This document shows positions 1 through 13,520 of a stretch of DNA of 64,000 nucleotides, one piece after another (position 1 is the first letter of the stretch; every line of letters starts with the position of its first letter). The stretch lies in assembly GCF_009914755.1 (NCBI RefSeq), contig NC_060928.1, one strand, 5' to 3'. The notes under the pieces were generated by a model that worked only from the letters and a program-made list of their open reading frames with translations, had not been told where the DNA came from and did not search any database. This stretch comes from the human T2T-CHM13v2.0 reference genome, Homo sapiens. The position numbers and the translations under genes are program-made.

Positions 1-36
1 ACCGCCTGAAGACGCCGTACCTTTCTACCCCCCACC

Positions 37-53
37 TTTTTTTTTTTTTTTTT
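37..53 (+). repeat. T17 tract just upstream of the AUG
   Basis: Seen directly. Confidence 0.9.
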
Positions 54-68
54 AAATAACCGGAACCA

Positions 69-480
69 ATGAACGCAGCCGGGATCAGAGCTCCGGAGGC
101 CGCCGGTGCCGATGGGACCAGGCTGGCGCCCGGCGGGAGCCCGTGTCTGAGGCGGCGGGGGCGGCCGGAGGAGTCGCCGGCGGCGGTGGTGGCGCCTCGC
201 GGAGCCGGCGAGCTGCAGGCGGCCGGGGCGCCGCTGCGCTTTCACCCGGCTTCTCCTCGGCGCCTTCATCCCGCCTCGACTCCTGGCCCAGCGTGGGGCT
301 GGCTGCTGCGGCGGCGGCGCTGGGCTGCGTTGCTGGTGCTCGGGCTGCTGGTAGCCGGAGCGGCGGACGGATGCGAGCTTGTGCCCCGGCACCTCCGCGG
401 GCGGCGGGCGACTGGCTCTGCCGCAACTGCCGCCTCCTCTCCCGCCGCGGCGGCCGGCGATAGCCCGGCGCTCATGACAG
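69..480 (+). CDS. STIM2: STIM2 exon 1 coding part (long N-terminal signal region, from the upstream AUG)
   Basis: Translates MNAAGIRAPEAAG...RRRRWAALLVLGLLVAGAADGCELVPRHLRGRRATGSAATAASSPAAAAGDSPALMT, which I recognise as the STIM2 N-terminus. Ends at a donor ACAG|GTGAGG (480/481), phase 1, which joins exon 2 as G|AT (Asp). An in-frame TTG at 330-332 is codon 88. Confidence 0.96.
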
Positions 481-806
481 GTGAGGGGCCGGGGGGCGGC
501 GGGCGGGGCTCGGCCGGCAGCGATGGGACCCCCAACCCGTGCAGAGGTCAGCATCTCCGCCGGACGTCCGCTATTCCGCGGCTCCGGCCAGGGCGCGATG
601 CGGAGCCCTGCCTGCTGCTTCGTCGCGGTCCCCTGCACTCCGGACGTCTTTCCTTTTCACCCCGACACCCCGCCCTCGCCGAGCCTCTCGACGGCACTGA
701 TTCCCCTCCCTTCAGTCGGGCTCTCCGATCTTCCAAGCTGAGCAATGCGGTGGTTTCTCTTTCGTGCTGCAGAAGTGCCAGCAGGGTCTGCAGGGGACTG
801 GGCTGA

Positions 807-827
807 TTTTTTTTTTTTTTTTTTTTT
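807..827 (+). repeat. T21 tract
   Basis: Seen directly. Confidence 0.9.
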
Positions 828-3800
828 GAGGCTGCTAGAAAAAGTCAGCAGCAGCATTGCGGTATTGAGTCTACCTCTGGTGCTGCTTTTGCAAAGGCAG
901 CTGGCAGCGAGTCTCACCGGTTCAAAGCCCCGCTTGAGCACAGCGTCCCAGGGGAGCCTGCTAAAGGGGATTCTTTGAGAGCCATAATACCTAGTGATAT
1001 TAGTGGTTCCGTGTTAGTATGCAGAAATGCCTAAGTTTACAGTGCATTTTTTGCGGGGTGGAAGGAGGCCGTTTTAAGTGGTGATGGAAAGTGTTTGGTG
1101 GTGGGAGCATCACTGGGTGACAAAGGGTGTAGAAACCTCAGCAGGTAACCAGAAATTATACCTAAAATTTGCAAAGTGCAGCATACTCGGGGCTTGCAGC
1201 TGGCAGCACAGTTCTGATAGACTGCACTAGCACCTTTTTTTTAATATATAGAACGATCTCATAATTGAAAACTTGGAAACGTGTTTTGTAAGGTTAAGTG
1301 CAGAATTGTATCCTTTTTAAAGCCTTCCGGTGTTATGTACAACTGATCAGTTGTGGTTTAAGTAAAAGTTATTATATAAGGACCCTGAAATGATTTCTTT
1401 GGGAAAAGTAATGGAGCTAAAATAATGGTTTTTTTTTTTTTTAGTATTTCACTTATTTTTAAAGTAGATCTGTAGATTTCCTACAATAATTGTAAGACTA
1501 AAAAGTTTAAAGTGGCAGAAGATGACCCGTGATTAATTTAACCAAAATGATAGTCCTGCGGGCGTCTGGAAGTTACTAACAGCTTCTCTGACAAGTGCTC
1601 AGGAACTGTATTCTTTAAAGCCAAGCAGTTTCTCTGATTTCTATGATAGGATATTTACTATTCTAGAGAGAAGAAGGATGTTGGTAAACTTTAAAAGCTT
1701 TGGAGGATGTAGAGTATAGAACATAATGGTCAGCATGTTTAACTTTACCCTGAAGCATATCAAGCCCTATTAAATGGAACTTGATACATCAAACCTACCA
1801 ATTGGGTAACTGGGATAAAGTGATTATAGAATAATCAGTATTAGGAGCATAGTACAGTTTGAGTGAGAAGATAGGTCAGACAGCTTTATGCTTGAATAGT
1901 ATTTATTCTCCAAATAAAAATGTGGCAAGTAACAGTATAGTGAAGAATAGTGATTATTAGGAAAGTTGATAAATAAGACTATAATTTGAAGATTTAATGC
2001 CTCATGCAGGAAGGGAAGGAGCAGGAATATTTAGGCTTCTAGAAGGTATAAGTGGTTCTAGGTTTCTCGAGCAGAAAAATGTGGTTAATACATAATTGGC
2101 TAATGCTCTGTGAAAAAGTAATTGGTAAAAAGGCAAGCAATTCAGAAAATTTAGTATTTATTGACTGCTAATAAGTATATTTTATACTGTGTAGATCACA
2201 TCAAGAAAATTGGTCAGATGGAATTTTAATAAGCCATTTACAATCCCTTTTAAGACTTAAATTTCTCTATACTTATTTAAGGCATGGGGGAAAAAGGTGA
2301 TTCTTATTGGAAAAAAATCCGATGTATCACACAAAATGAGTTTGTGCCATAGGGCTTTAAAATAAGTTTGCTAGAAGAATACCCTGGAATTATTTCTAAC
2401 GTTCTTTTACTTTCCTTTTGTCAGAATATTGATTTTTAACAAGTTAAACGTTTCCACTTAAAGTTTAAATCATAAAACTACACAATATACAAATTAAATT
2501 GTTATTTTAATAAGTTTATGTAAATACAGTCAATAGCACCCATATCTTGGTAAAGGTAAACTGAAAATCTATGATGAAGTTAGAAAATATTGAAAATTTC
2601 TTTGAACTATATGGCCTCTATAGGGCTCTTTCCCATTCTTAAGAGTGTATGAATAGTGCTTTCTTTTATGGTTCTATTTGTAAATGTTATGCAAAGCCTA
2701 GAACCTAATTTATTAGCATTAGTGTACACTTCAGGAAGTAAAACCGTAGACTGAATTTACAAAATACTGTGGTGTGGTATCATATTGTAGGCAGCGTTAA
2801 TGGATAGAGATGGAGTAGAGCATCAGTAATAAGAGAACTAAACGTCACGTGAATTTTGAAAATTGAAAATTTTTGAAAGCATTCTGAGAGAAGAATTGGT
2901 CTCTTTGTCTCCTGATTAAAGTTGTGATTTAGCTGTGAGTATTCTCAATAGCTCTGCAAAATGACAGCCAAAATCACTTTTCTGTTTTCTTCTCGAGATT
3001 GGCATTTTTAATACTTACCTTTAGAAGCTCCCTAAGAGTTAGCCTTTGACTAATAAAATGTATAAAACATTCTTTTTCACTGCAGCTTGCCTCTCAAGTG
3101 TTTTACTTTAGGGATTTAGTGTACTTTAAGAGTAAATTGCCTTTAAATTATCCTGTGTTTATTTGCTCAAATAAACTGTTATTGCTCAAAACTATACAAA
3201 TCATCCAAATAAACAGACCCATTGTCATAATGAATACAGGTTTATATTTTCTTTTCCTTTTTAAATATTACCTTTTCAGAATTCAGTGTGCAAATGTTTT
3301 TGGTGAGACAGAACCAATATTCATAACATTATATAGTAAGGGTTTTAAATTACATATACAGCGCTTATATATTTAGGGCACTTACTTTGAAAGTGATTGA
3401 AATTTAAAGCAAGTTAGGGATAGGTGACTGAGAGCTTGGTGATTGTATTCTAAAGCAGTGCTTTAATAACTCAAAACAATAGTTTTTTTTTTCCTTCTTT
3501 GTCTAACAGATTTAGAGTTGATGAATTGATCCTGGTAGGGAGTGACCGATCTCATCCAGATAGGGTCCCTGAGAAATAGCTTATGAAAGGGAAACAAACA
3601 AACAAAAAAATGCCGAATAATTGAAACATTACATTATTTCTTACGGAATTGTTTCAGAATTTTTGGGAACAAATTTTAACTGAAAATATTTGCCTCTATC
3701 CTTTTAAAGAATGAATTAAAGTAACATTCTTTAGTGCCTATGTGAAGGTTTTATCTTAACTGTAATACCATTTCACTGATTTGGCATGTTATTAGAAATA

Positions 3801-5097
3801 ACATATATAAAAACATGTTTCTTGGAAGTATTAAAATCTCAATTAAGATTTAATATATTCTTAGTTCAACATATAATACCACATATAATAGCATTTAGAA
3901 TGGCCACTTTACCCAGTACTGTTACACACATCTGTGTTGTGGGGCTTTCATTAATTTAGATGGAAATACCTCAAATTAGCATGATTGTCATTGGCAAAAT
4001 GTGAAACTGAACTTTTAATGAAATCAGTTGTATTCCTTATTTATTTTTATTAGTAGTTGGTTTGCCTGTGGGATATATATGTTGCTTTCAGTAATATTTT
4101 ACAAATAACTTACACATGTTAATGTTTCCATTGTGACCGTAGACTCAAAGTGGATTCAGATAGCCTGAGAGACCTTTGTTCCTCTTATGACGTTGCTCTT
4201 TCTGAACTTCCTAAAGCCATCATTTACTGTATTCTCTTTCTCTTTCCTCTTTAGTATCATTACCAGTGCTTTTCTTCACCAGTCTTTGGTCATTGCTGTA
4301 GTTGTATTATTGTTGCTAACTACAGGATTAAAGAATCTCTTCATATCCATTTGATCTAGTCGATTCTGAACATTTAAGAATTGATAGTAATCTAATTGGT
4401 CTGGAAACATTGCATCCCTTGGTACTCTTAAGAATACATGGCAGAACTGGCCTCTGTTGGGAATCTCATAGAACAGGAAGCATTCAGAGGGCCAGTTAGA
4501 AAAGTGGATCCAAGATTTAGCTTCCTTTTATGCAAAAGGAGGACACAGGATGATTTAGCTTGCCAAAGACTTGCTTTGTGGCTGGATACATGCTAGTATT
4601 TTCAGATTAATTTAGGCTCTTTTTGCGTAATGATATCAAGGATTTTTGATAGTGGCCTAATCATTGATGATAATTGTGGTGTGAACACTTTCACAATGAT
4701 TGTTGGACGTCTGCATTTATGTAATATGATAGTTAATGTATATATTGGCTAAGCTAATACTAAAACTAACTGCTAATAATATGGATAATAAGCCATTTTT
4801 TGACATTTACTGGAGTTTGGACTTCACCTTGTTAAGATCTACCTAGGAATTTACTTCTGAATTGATCAGATTTTATTAACTAAATAATTATTAAGTACAA
4901 GCAGCATAACACAAAAGAGAAGTGGGAAAGAATTAAAAAAAAGAATAAGATGTAGGTGTGACCATTTTGGACTCAGACTAGGTAATAATAGGCACATTTA
5001 TTAAACTGTTCCTATGTGTTAGTATTGTGCTAAGTGCTTTTTATATTATACATCACTGTTTTTGATTCTGAGACTAATCCTGTTAGATAGCTACTGT

Positions 5098-5335
5098 TTT
5101 TTTTTTCCTTCTAACTTTTATTTTAGATTCATTTTAGATTCCAACTTTTATTTTAGATTCATATGCAGGTTCATTGCCTGGGTTTATTGCATGATATTGA
5201 GATTTTAGTTACCAACGATCTTGTCACCCAGGTACTGAGCATAGTACTCAATAGTTCAATAGTTTTTCAACCCTTACCCCTCCTCTTACCTCCCCCACAA
5301 GTAGTCCTCAGTTTTCTATTGTTGCTGTCTTTATC
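5098..5335 (-). mobile_element. Old L1PA/L1PB 3' end fragment, apparently inserted in MIR-like sequence
   Basis: Motifs aacttttattttagattca and gtcacccaggtactgagcatagtac match an antisense L1 3' UTR. Confidence 0.65.
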
Positions 5336-8118
5336 TTCATATAGTAGATTAGGAAACATGCTGGATGATCTTAAGTAACTTGCCCAAGCTCACTTCTAGT
5401 AGGTAGCAGAGTTAGAGGTTGACCAGGGTTTCTCTGGTTCCAAAGCTTGGATTCTTAGCTGGTATGTTGTATGCATCCTTATACAAACAACATGCGATGG
5501 ATTGTGATTAGCACCACAAGGGACTGCAAAGTGTAGGAGAAAGGAAGAGGCTGTTAGAGAGTATTACCTGGAGGAGGGCAGGATTTGAGCTGGACCTTGA
5601 TGTATAGGTAGGACTTCTTGTGGAGATAAGTGAAAAGGCTTTCTGGGAGGAGGCATATGCAAGAATAGGGGATAAATACTTTTCTTTAGAGTTAAGTATA
5701 AGGTATATGTAGAGTAGTGGGGAATGCAAGAAGGAAGAAGATTGGGGCCAAATTATCAAGAGCTTTACAGTCCCCTAGTGTATTCAGTATGTATCAAAAT
5801 GTCAGCACATTTAAAACTGGGGTACTCGGCTGTATACTGGCAAGAATGAGACATCCAGGACAAATATGGTACCTTTTCTTGGCATATCCATTTTATTAGA
5901 TTATTTGAGAGATATAAAACTATTTGAAGGTTTCTAAATATGCACGTTAGGGAAAATGTACATATATTTTAATTTTTAAGGTAAAAGGCATTTTGAACTT
6001 TCAGAGTGTTTTGTTAATAAACTCTTGAAGTTGCAAATCTATATCCTGTCATTAGGAGGTGAGAGGCATTGTGGTTTTTGAAGATGGGGGTGACATGTCC
6101 TTTGTGTTTGAGAAAGCTAATTCTGGGTGGATGGCAATGAGGAGATAACAGAGATAAGGATATCAGTTAGGAAACTATTTAGAAGGAGAGGTCTTGAGAA
6201 TTCTAATTATGGAGTGGCTATGAAAATGTTTAGATGAAATTTTATAAAATCGACTTTATTCTTAGCTTAGGAATCTGGCTATTTATATGAAGTTTAAGAT
6301 ATAAAAATTACCTTTAGCATTAAGCATACAGAATTTATAGAATGATTTAAATTAGTATAAGCCCTTGAAAAATCCAAGAAGAAACACACTATTTGTGATA
6401 GAGAATCTTCTTTATTTCAAATGTGCCTATTTCTTAATATAAAGATTAGTTTTTAAAAAAATATAATCGGGCTTATGTGATGATTTACAAAGTTGTCGAC
6501 AGAAAAACAGTTGCAAATGTATTTGCCAGTTGTTTGACAAATAAAACCAAACAACTTTTGATATCCAAAGACAATATATTTGCCATAAAATGCTTATATA
6601 AAGCTTTTAGAATTCCATGTATAAAAAGGATAAGTGTTTCCAGATTAAACTAAAGTTATAAGTCAAGAGTCGAAGTCTCTCCGACCCCTTAGCTATGAAT
6701 AACAATATTTCAGACTACTGGCATATTACTTGTTTCAATATTAACTCCTAAATTTCATTGTTGTGTGAATTTCAAGCTTAATCTATAGATGATGATTTCT
6801 AATGCCAAATCTAAAAGGTTTGTTCTGTTCTTTAGCTATCTAGATCTTTATATTAGTATACATTGGATATTCAGTCTTTCTTGACACTGTCTAATTCTAC
6901 CTTCTGTAACTGTTTTCCTTGACTGGTTTCATTGTTGCTGATTTTAAGGGTGGTTCCCTCTTAAGTCTCTGTTCTCAGCCTCCTCTTCCTCTAGTCTAGC
7001 TGAACATTTCCTCCTCAGAGAACTTCATTACTAGGAAAGTTCTAAATTGGGGGTAGGGAACCCCAGGCCAATGATTGATTTGATTTTTGGCTTTATTTCC
7101 TTTGGCCCTTGGTGTGCTATAGCACAAGCATCATGGCTGCAGTCCCGAGAGTAATTTCCTTTCTACTAGGCTTTGTCAGCCATATCCTTTAAAGTGAAAC
7201 AATTTCAGGATTAAGGCTAGGAGCAGTTGCAGAATGTTTAATAATGTCTATTCAGTGTTTTCATAAGATAGTGGTAACTCCCCTCCAGTACACACAGGCT
7301 GATTGGAGCCACAGAGCCTGGCAAGCGCAGTTTACTTGGACTAACATTCATCTCAGAGCCCAAGTACCTGTATCTGTCCAAGTGTTTCTTTTTGCGTATG
7401 GATTTGTTTTTTTGTGTGCTTATGGATCTTGACCTCTGTGTAACTTTTTTCTCTAGTCATTTTCATTTTCTCTACCTCTTTTTGATCTTCCTAAACTTGA
7501 CATTATATGGAACTGAAACACCTCAAAAACTGTTTTGTTTAATTAAGTGCTGGGATTTTAATTTAAAAAATGCTTGAAATGAATATCTCATTTATGTGAT
7601 TACAGAATACTAAACAGCCTTATCATAAGCAGCCTCATCAAAACCCCCTAGGGTAGTGAAAGTGATTTGTAGTTTCTTACAATATTCTCAATAAGTAAAA
7701 AGGCTTTTTAAACCCTTGTTTGAAGTTTTTGTCTCCTACTCAGCACACTGCAAGTTGCACAGGCCCATGTTTTCTATTACTGTCTTTTTTTTCTTTTTTA
7801 AAAAATCTGATGTTGGATAACTAGATAATCTTAATCCCCCTTCTTTATTCCTATTGTCCAGCAATACATCTCTAACGTTTTCATTAATGACGTGTATGTA
7901 ATTTTTGCTCTGTTTCCCTGATGCCTTGAACCATTGTCATGTTTAGCTCTTATTTCTGCTTTGCCACACATATTCAGACTGTATTAATCCTCGCCGTTTC
8001 TTTCTTCTGGGTACCACATTAAGAAAGAAAAGCTAAAGTGCAATTATAGGTACCCCTGGCTATTTTTGAATTTGCATTTGTAACTATACCCTCTGATGTT
8101 TATTCCGTGTTTGTTTGG

Positions 8119-8436
8119 GGTCGTACGCTGTAGCTTATGCCTGTAATCCCAGCACTTTTCGAGGCCAAGATGGGCAGATCACTTGAGCCCAGGACTTCGA
8201 GACCAGTCTGGGCAACACGGTGAAATCCCATCTCCTCAAAAAATACAAAAAAATTAGCTGGGCGTGATGATGTGCGCCTGTATTCCTGGCTACTCAGGAG
8301 GCTGAAATGGGAGAATCACCTGAGCCTGGGGGAAGTTAAGTCTGCAGCAAGCCCTGATCAGGCCACTGCACTCTGGCCTGGACGGCGGAGTGAGACCCTG
8401 TCTCCAAAAAAAAAAAAAAAAAAAAGGAAGAAAAAA
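8119..8436 (+). mobile_element. Alu (AluJ-like)
   Basis: Dimeric Alu with A tail; TSD GTTTGTTTGG at 8109-8118 and 8437-8446. Confidence 0.9.
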
Positions 8437-8629
8437 GTTTGTTTGGTTCTAGGTCTGTTACATATGGGTCCTAAAAAGAACTATAGAGGGTTAAAGTGAG
8501 AAAGCCAGTCGTTGGTGAATATGTCTGTGTGTGCATAGAGTTTTAAACATTATTTAGTGACTGTTTTGTGCCAGCTATGGTATGAGTAACTGGAAATATA
8601 AAGATGCTGAAATTGACTATTTAAAAACA

Positions 8630-8795
8630 TTTATGTATTTATTTATTTTTAGAGATGTGGTCTCACTCTGTTGCCCAGGCTGGAGTGCAGTGACATGATC
8701 ATAGCTCACTGCAGCCTCAAACTCCTGGACTCAATCAATCTTCCCGCCTTAGCCTCCCAGGCTGTGAGGCACCACAGATGGCTAATTAAAAAAAA
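8630..8795 (-). mobile_element. Partial Alu (right arm, AluJ-like)
   Basis: ctcactctgttgcccaggctggagtgcagtg...cctcccag. Confidence 0.8.
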
Positions 8796-8944
8796 CTTTT
8801 TAAAATGTAAACCTGAAAATTGCCTGAGAGTGGATTGCATAATCTAAAAATATGAAAATATGTATAAATATTTTGTTTCTTAAAAGGCCACTGCTGTGGT
8901 AGCTTATCTAGTATCCTTGCTACATTTACTGAAAATATATGTTA

Positions 8945-9545
8945 GAGATATCTGCACTGCTATGTTCTTTTCAGCATTTTTCACAATAGCCAAGATATGG
9001 AAACAACCTTAACGTTCATCAATGAATGCATAAAGAAAATGTGATACATACGCACTTGCACCATGAAATATTATTCAGCATTAAAAAAGAAGAAAATCCT
9101 GCCATTTGCGGCAACATGGATGAACGTGGAGGACATTATGCTAAGTGAAGTAACGCAGCCATAGAAAGACAAATACTGCATGGAATCTGAAAATATCAAA
9201 CTTACAGAGTAGAATGGTGGTTACCAGGGGCTAGGGAAAGGAGTAAATGGAGAGATGTTGAAACTTCAAGTACAAAGATTCAGTTATGCAACATAAATAA
9301 GTTCGGAGATCTAATGTACAACAGTGTGACTGTAGTTAATAGTGTCATATACTGTAATTGACATTTGTGAAGAGGGTAGACCTTAAAAGTTCTTAACACA
9401 CCAAAAAAAAAAAAAAGGTAAGGATGTGATGTGATGGATTATGTGAATTAGCTTCATTGTGGTGAATATTTCATAATGTATGCATATATCAGATCAAATT
9501 GTATACCTTAAATATATCTACTTTTTGTCATTATGCCTTACTGAA
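8945..9545 (+). mobile_element. L1MA/L1MB 3' end
   Basis: cacaatagccaagatatggaaacaacct, aacatggatgaacgtggaggacattatgctaagtgaa and gatctaatgtacaac. Confidence 0.8.
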
Positions 9546-10809
9546 GTTATAACAAAATATATGTTAGAATATTTAATGGAAGTTTTTGTTATACATTTGC
9601 AGTATTAAAAAATAAGTCTCCCTTCCCCCTTCTTTGGAACAAAGTATAATTATAAATAACTATAATTTAAAAAATTTTTAACTGATATATGATAGATGTA
9701 CATGTTTTCAGGTATCATTCCTTTTTCACTCTTTTGTATACTTTATTAAAAAACAAGCAAGCAAACAAAAAATTTCAGTGAGTCCCATGTGCCAGACACC
9801 AGTTGGGTGTTTGGAATTTCAAGATCAGTAAGATATTCACCCTAGCTTGTAGTCTACTAGAAGGCATACCCACTTAAAGGGTGATGATACATTGTGATAA
9901 GGGTAAAAGGGCCTAAGGCTATGTGCTGTATTTTACTGAATTACAAAGATGGAGTTACTAATTTTGATGTGGAGATGCAGGTTATTAGTAGGTTATTAGT
10001 GAATCCTTTTTTTTTTTTTTTAAATATCCAGAGTAGGAAGTATGTGCCGAGAATGTATGAGTTTGTCAGACAGAGAAAGGCATGGTGGAAAACCATAGGT
10101 GTGAAGTGAGGAAGCTGGGTGGGGAGTGAGATTATTATAGGCATTGACATTTGAGAATGCTAAATGTGGTTGTGAATTACCAAATACCCAGGATGACAGA
10201 GTCAATGCTGGGCCTGTTCGCAGTGCAGCAGCATCCATATTTGCATGTGGGATTTAAATTTTTGCCAGGCATTTTGTATGTTTCATCCAATTTAATCCTT
10301 AGAGAATCCCTGTGAGGTTATCTCCATGAGTTAGTACATATAACAGAAATTTAGGATTGCTCTCAAATAGTTCGTACTTTAAAAAACCCCCCTGTGCCAA
10401 GGATCTTTATGTTAAAGCATAAGGTATATATGGAGTTGAATCAGGAAATGAGGCTGGAGAAGTAGCAGATACAAACATTGTGATTAATGTTACATTGTAG
10501 ATCTTTATTGTCCAATGGCCTTATGAGTTTCTCCTTCATTTACTTCTGGTAAATAACAAAATTTTGCTATTAAATATTCTGAAATCTTGGAATATGACTC
10601 CTATAAAATATATCTGAGGCCCAATAATTTGTCCTTTTTAAAATTAAACTTTGACTCGATTTGTTCAGTTTGACTCGGCTTTTCAGTAAGTGCGTAATTT
10701 CTGTTTGTGCTTTGTTTTCATAAATACAAGGATGACGGAATGTAATTTTTAAGAAGCATAGCATCTTATATCTTGAACTTTTATCTGGCCCATAAGTCTG
10801 TTTTCACCC

Positions 10810-10949
10810 TTTTTTTTTTTTTTTTTTTGGTAGAGACAGAGTCTGAGTATGTTGCCCAGGGCTGATCTCAAATTCCTGGGCTTAGGCAATCCTCCCACCT
10901 CGGCCCCGCAAAGTAATTAGATTATGAGTGTGAGCTGCCATGCCTGGCC
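10810..10949 (-). mobile_element. Alu monomer (FLAM-like)
   Basis: T tract followed by an antisense left-arm Alu ending tgcctggcc. Confidence 0.75.
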
Positions 10950-10974
10950 TGTTTCCACTTTTGTATAGTGTGAT

Positions 10975-11170
10975 GAAGAGCATAGCCTCTAGACTAGGGC
11001 AGGATTTCCTGAGTTTGAATCCCAGTCTGACAGTGGTTTTGTAATTTTGGGTAGATGATTTAGTCTGTTAGTGCCTAAATTTCCTTATCTCTAAAATGGG
11101 ATGCAAAGAATAAATGAATTACTCTGTGTGTGCTTAGAATAGAGCCTGGCAAGGGTAAGTATTCAGGTAT
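10975..11170 (+). mobile_element. MIR fragment
   Basis: gagtttgaatcccag...tttccttatctctaaaatggg...gtgcttagaatagagcctggca. Confidence 0.65.
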
Positions 11171-11719
11171 TATTGACTTAACCGTTATTCTTTTTATCTA
11201 TAGATACAGAGGTAGGATAGTTGTAGAAATGTGCTTTGATTTATTGAGTGTTATTAAGATATTTTATGTTGCATTTAAAAAAGTATGAAGACATAGTTTG
11301 AGGCAGTTAGTTGATCTAAATAACCGGACCATGAGTGGTCCGAGATTAGTTAAAACTCTGTAGAAATATGAAGCTAAGTATAGACAGTGACATTGAGAAG
11401 CAGTGTGATATTAAAAAAAAATTAGTTGTATCATAAGCCTGAGTCATTTTGTACCTTTATTATTTTATATGATTTAAAGATTTAAAGCATTTTGCAGTTG
11501 AAATGTTAGACTTTAAAATCTTTAATTTCTGAGCTTAAAGGTTTACTATAAAAAATTTAGAACATACTGAAAAGTAAATATAGAAAATACATCTACTTCA
11601 ACAGCTAAAAATAACAAAGATAACATCAAAATTTTGTTTTTTACAATCTTTTATAGATATGTATGCATATTGATATATTTAATAATAGGCTCATAGAGTG
11701 ATTTTTTAAAAATGTGAAA

Positions 11720-12521
<802 letters not shown>

Positions 12522-12539
12522 GTCCTTTCCATTCTCATC

Positions 12540-13520
12540 GCTACTGTGTTAGTTCTGAACTAAATCATTGTGGCTAGATGTGGCCAGAGCAGGGGGGCTC
12601 TGGGTCCCTTGTTATTTCCTTGTTAGCAGTAGCCCAGGGTAACTCTGACTACTTTGTCCAGGAAGCTCATGGGGAAGCACAGACATACTGGGTGTGAAGT
12701 TTTGGTGATCAGACAGGGCTTGTTTCCTGCAGGGCACTTCCTTAGTCATGAATGAGAGAGACGCTCATGTCACCACTCTCTTCTGCCATAATGGCTTCAT
12801 CCAGCTCTTGGGACAGCTTCTGGAGATGCTGAATTTCTGCCTCCACAGGCTCTAGGTCACTGTCAGACTCACTGGGAGAGCAGAGGGGCTCTGTCAAGGG
12901 GTAAGGGGCTCTACAAGGCAGACTCCCGCCTCAACCGCTGTAGTGGGTGGGTACGTGAACCCATCCGGGCAGAGAGGCAGTGATGCTCCTTCTCCCAGGG
13001 GTCTGCGGCTGAGTGGACAGGGGCGCCTCCAGACAGCTGGGTGCTCTTCTGGCTCAGGCTGTGAGTCAGGGATCCACTGCTCTTCTGTGCCCCTCTCTTT
13101 CTCCTCCTGGCCTTCACCTGAGTCTCCACCAGCCACTTGGTGTCAGGACTCCTGGATTCTCTGGGACTTGGCACCTGAGGTACTCTTAGCTGAGCGAGCT
13201 GCAGCTTGGAGGCTCTGCTGCCCTGGCTCTGGGGTTTCCAAGTGTTTGCAGGAGGGGTCTCCCCAGAGATTGAGGTTGATGGCTGTCAGGGGCAGCCTCC
13301 TTTGGAACTGTCTGCACAGGGAACCCAGGGCTGCGGCAGGGGTCTCCTGGATGGCTGGCCACAGGCTGCAGCTCCTTGCTGTTCTTGAGCTGCTCCTGGT
13401 ACTGGAGAGATCTCCGGCGCACAGAGGCCCCTACACCCTGCCGCTGAGAAGCCATCTGCCTGCCCAAGAGTCTTGTCTGACCACTAGGGCCCAGCACCCC
13501 CAACGTCTGCCCGACGCCAA
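12540..13520 (-). pseudogene. Processed pseudogene of PIMREG (FAM64A); CDS remnant 13455->12742
   Basis: Minus-strand translation across frames gives MASQRQGVGASVRRRSLQYQEQLKNSKELQPV..., TKWLVETQVKARRRKRGAQKSSGSLTHSLSQKST...DPWEKEHH... and ...EPLCSPSESDSDLEPVEAEIQHLQKLSQELDEAIMAE...SLIHD*, matching PIMREG as I recall it. It is intronless, with frameshifts near 13349, 13143 and 12903 and a premature TAG at 12911-12913. The left (3' UTR) boundary is uncertain. Confidence 0.9.

Larger units (their letters stand above)
60..960. promoter_or_regulatory. CpG island over exon 1 and the start of intron 1
   Basis: Very high GC and CpG density that falls abruptly to AT-rich sequence after ~1 kb. Confidence 0.9.

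Noticed and set aside
481-806. C-terminal 108 aa of the 245-aa ORF (69..806)
   Set aside because: This is read-through past the exon 1 donor into GC-rich intron; the real frame continues in exon 2.
838-892. Possible hairpin aaaagtcagcagca...tggtgctgctttt
   Set aside because: Short imperfect stem built from CAG/CTG low complexity; not enough for a miRNA or ncRNA call.
85-978. Several overlapping ORFs on both strands in the CpG island
   Set aside because: Expected stop-codon scarcity in GC-rich DNA; low-complexity translations with no recognisable domain.
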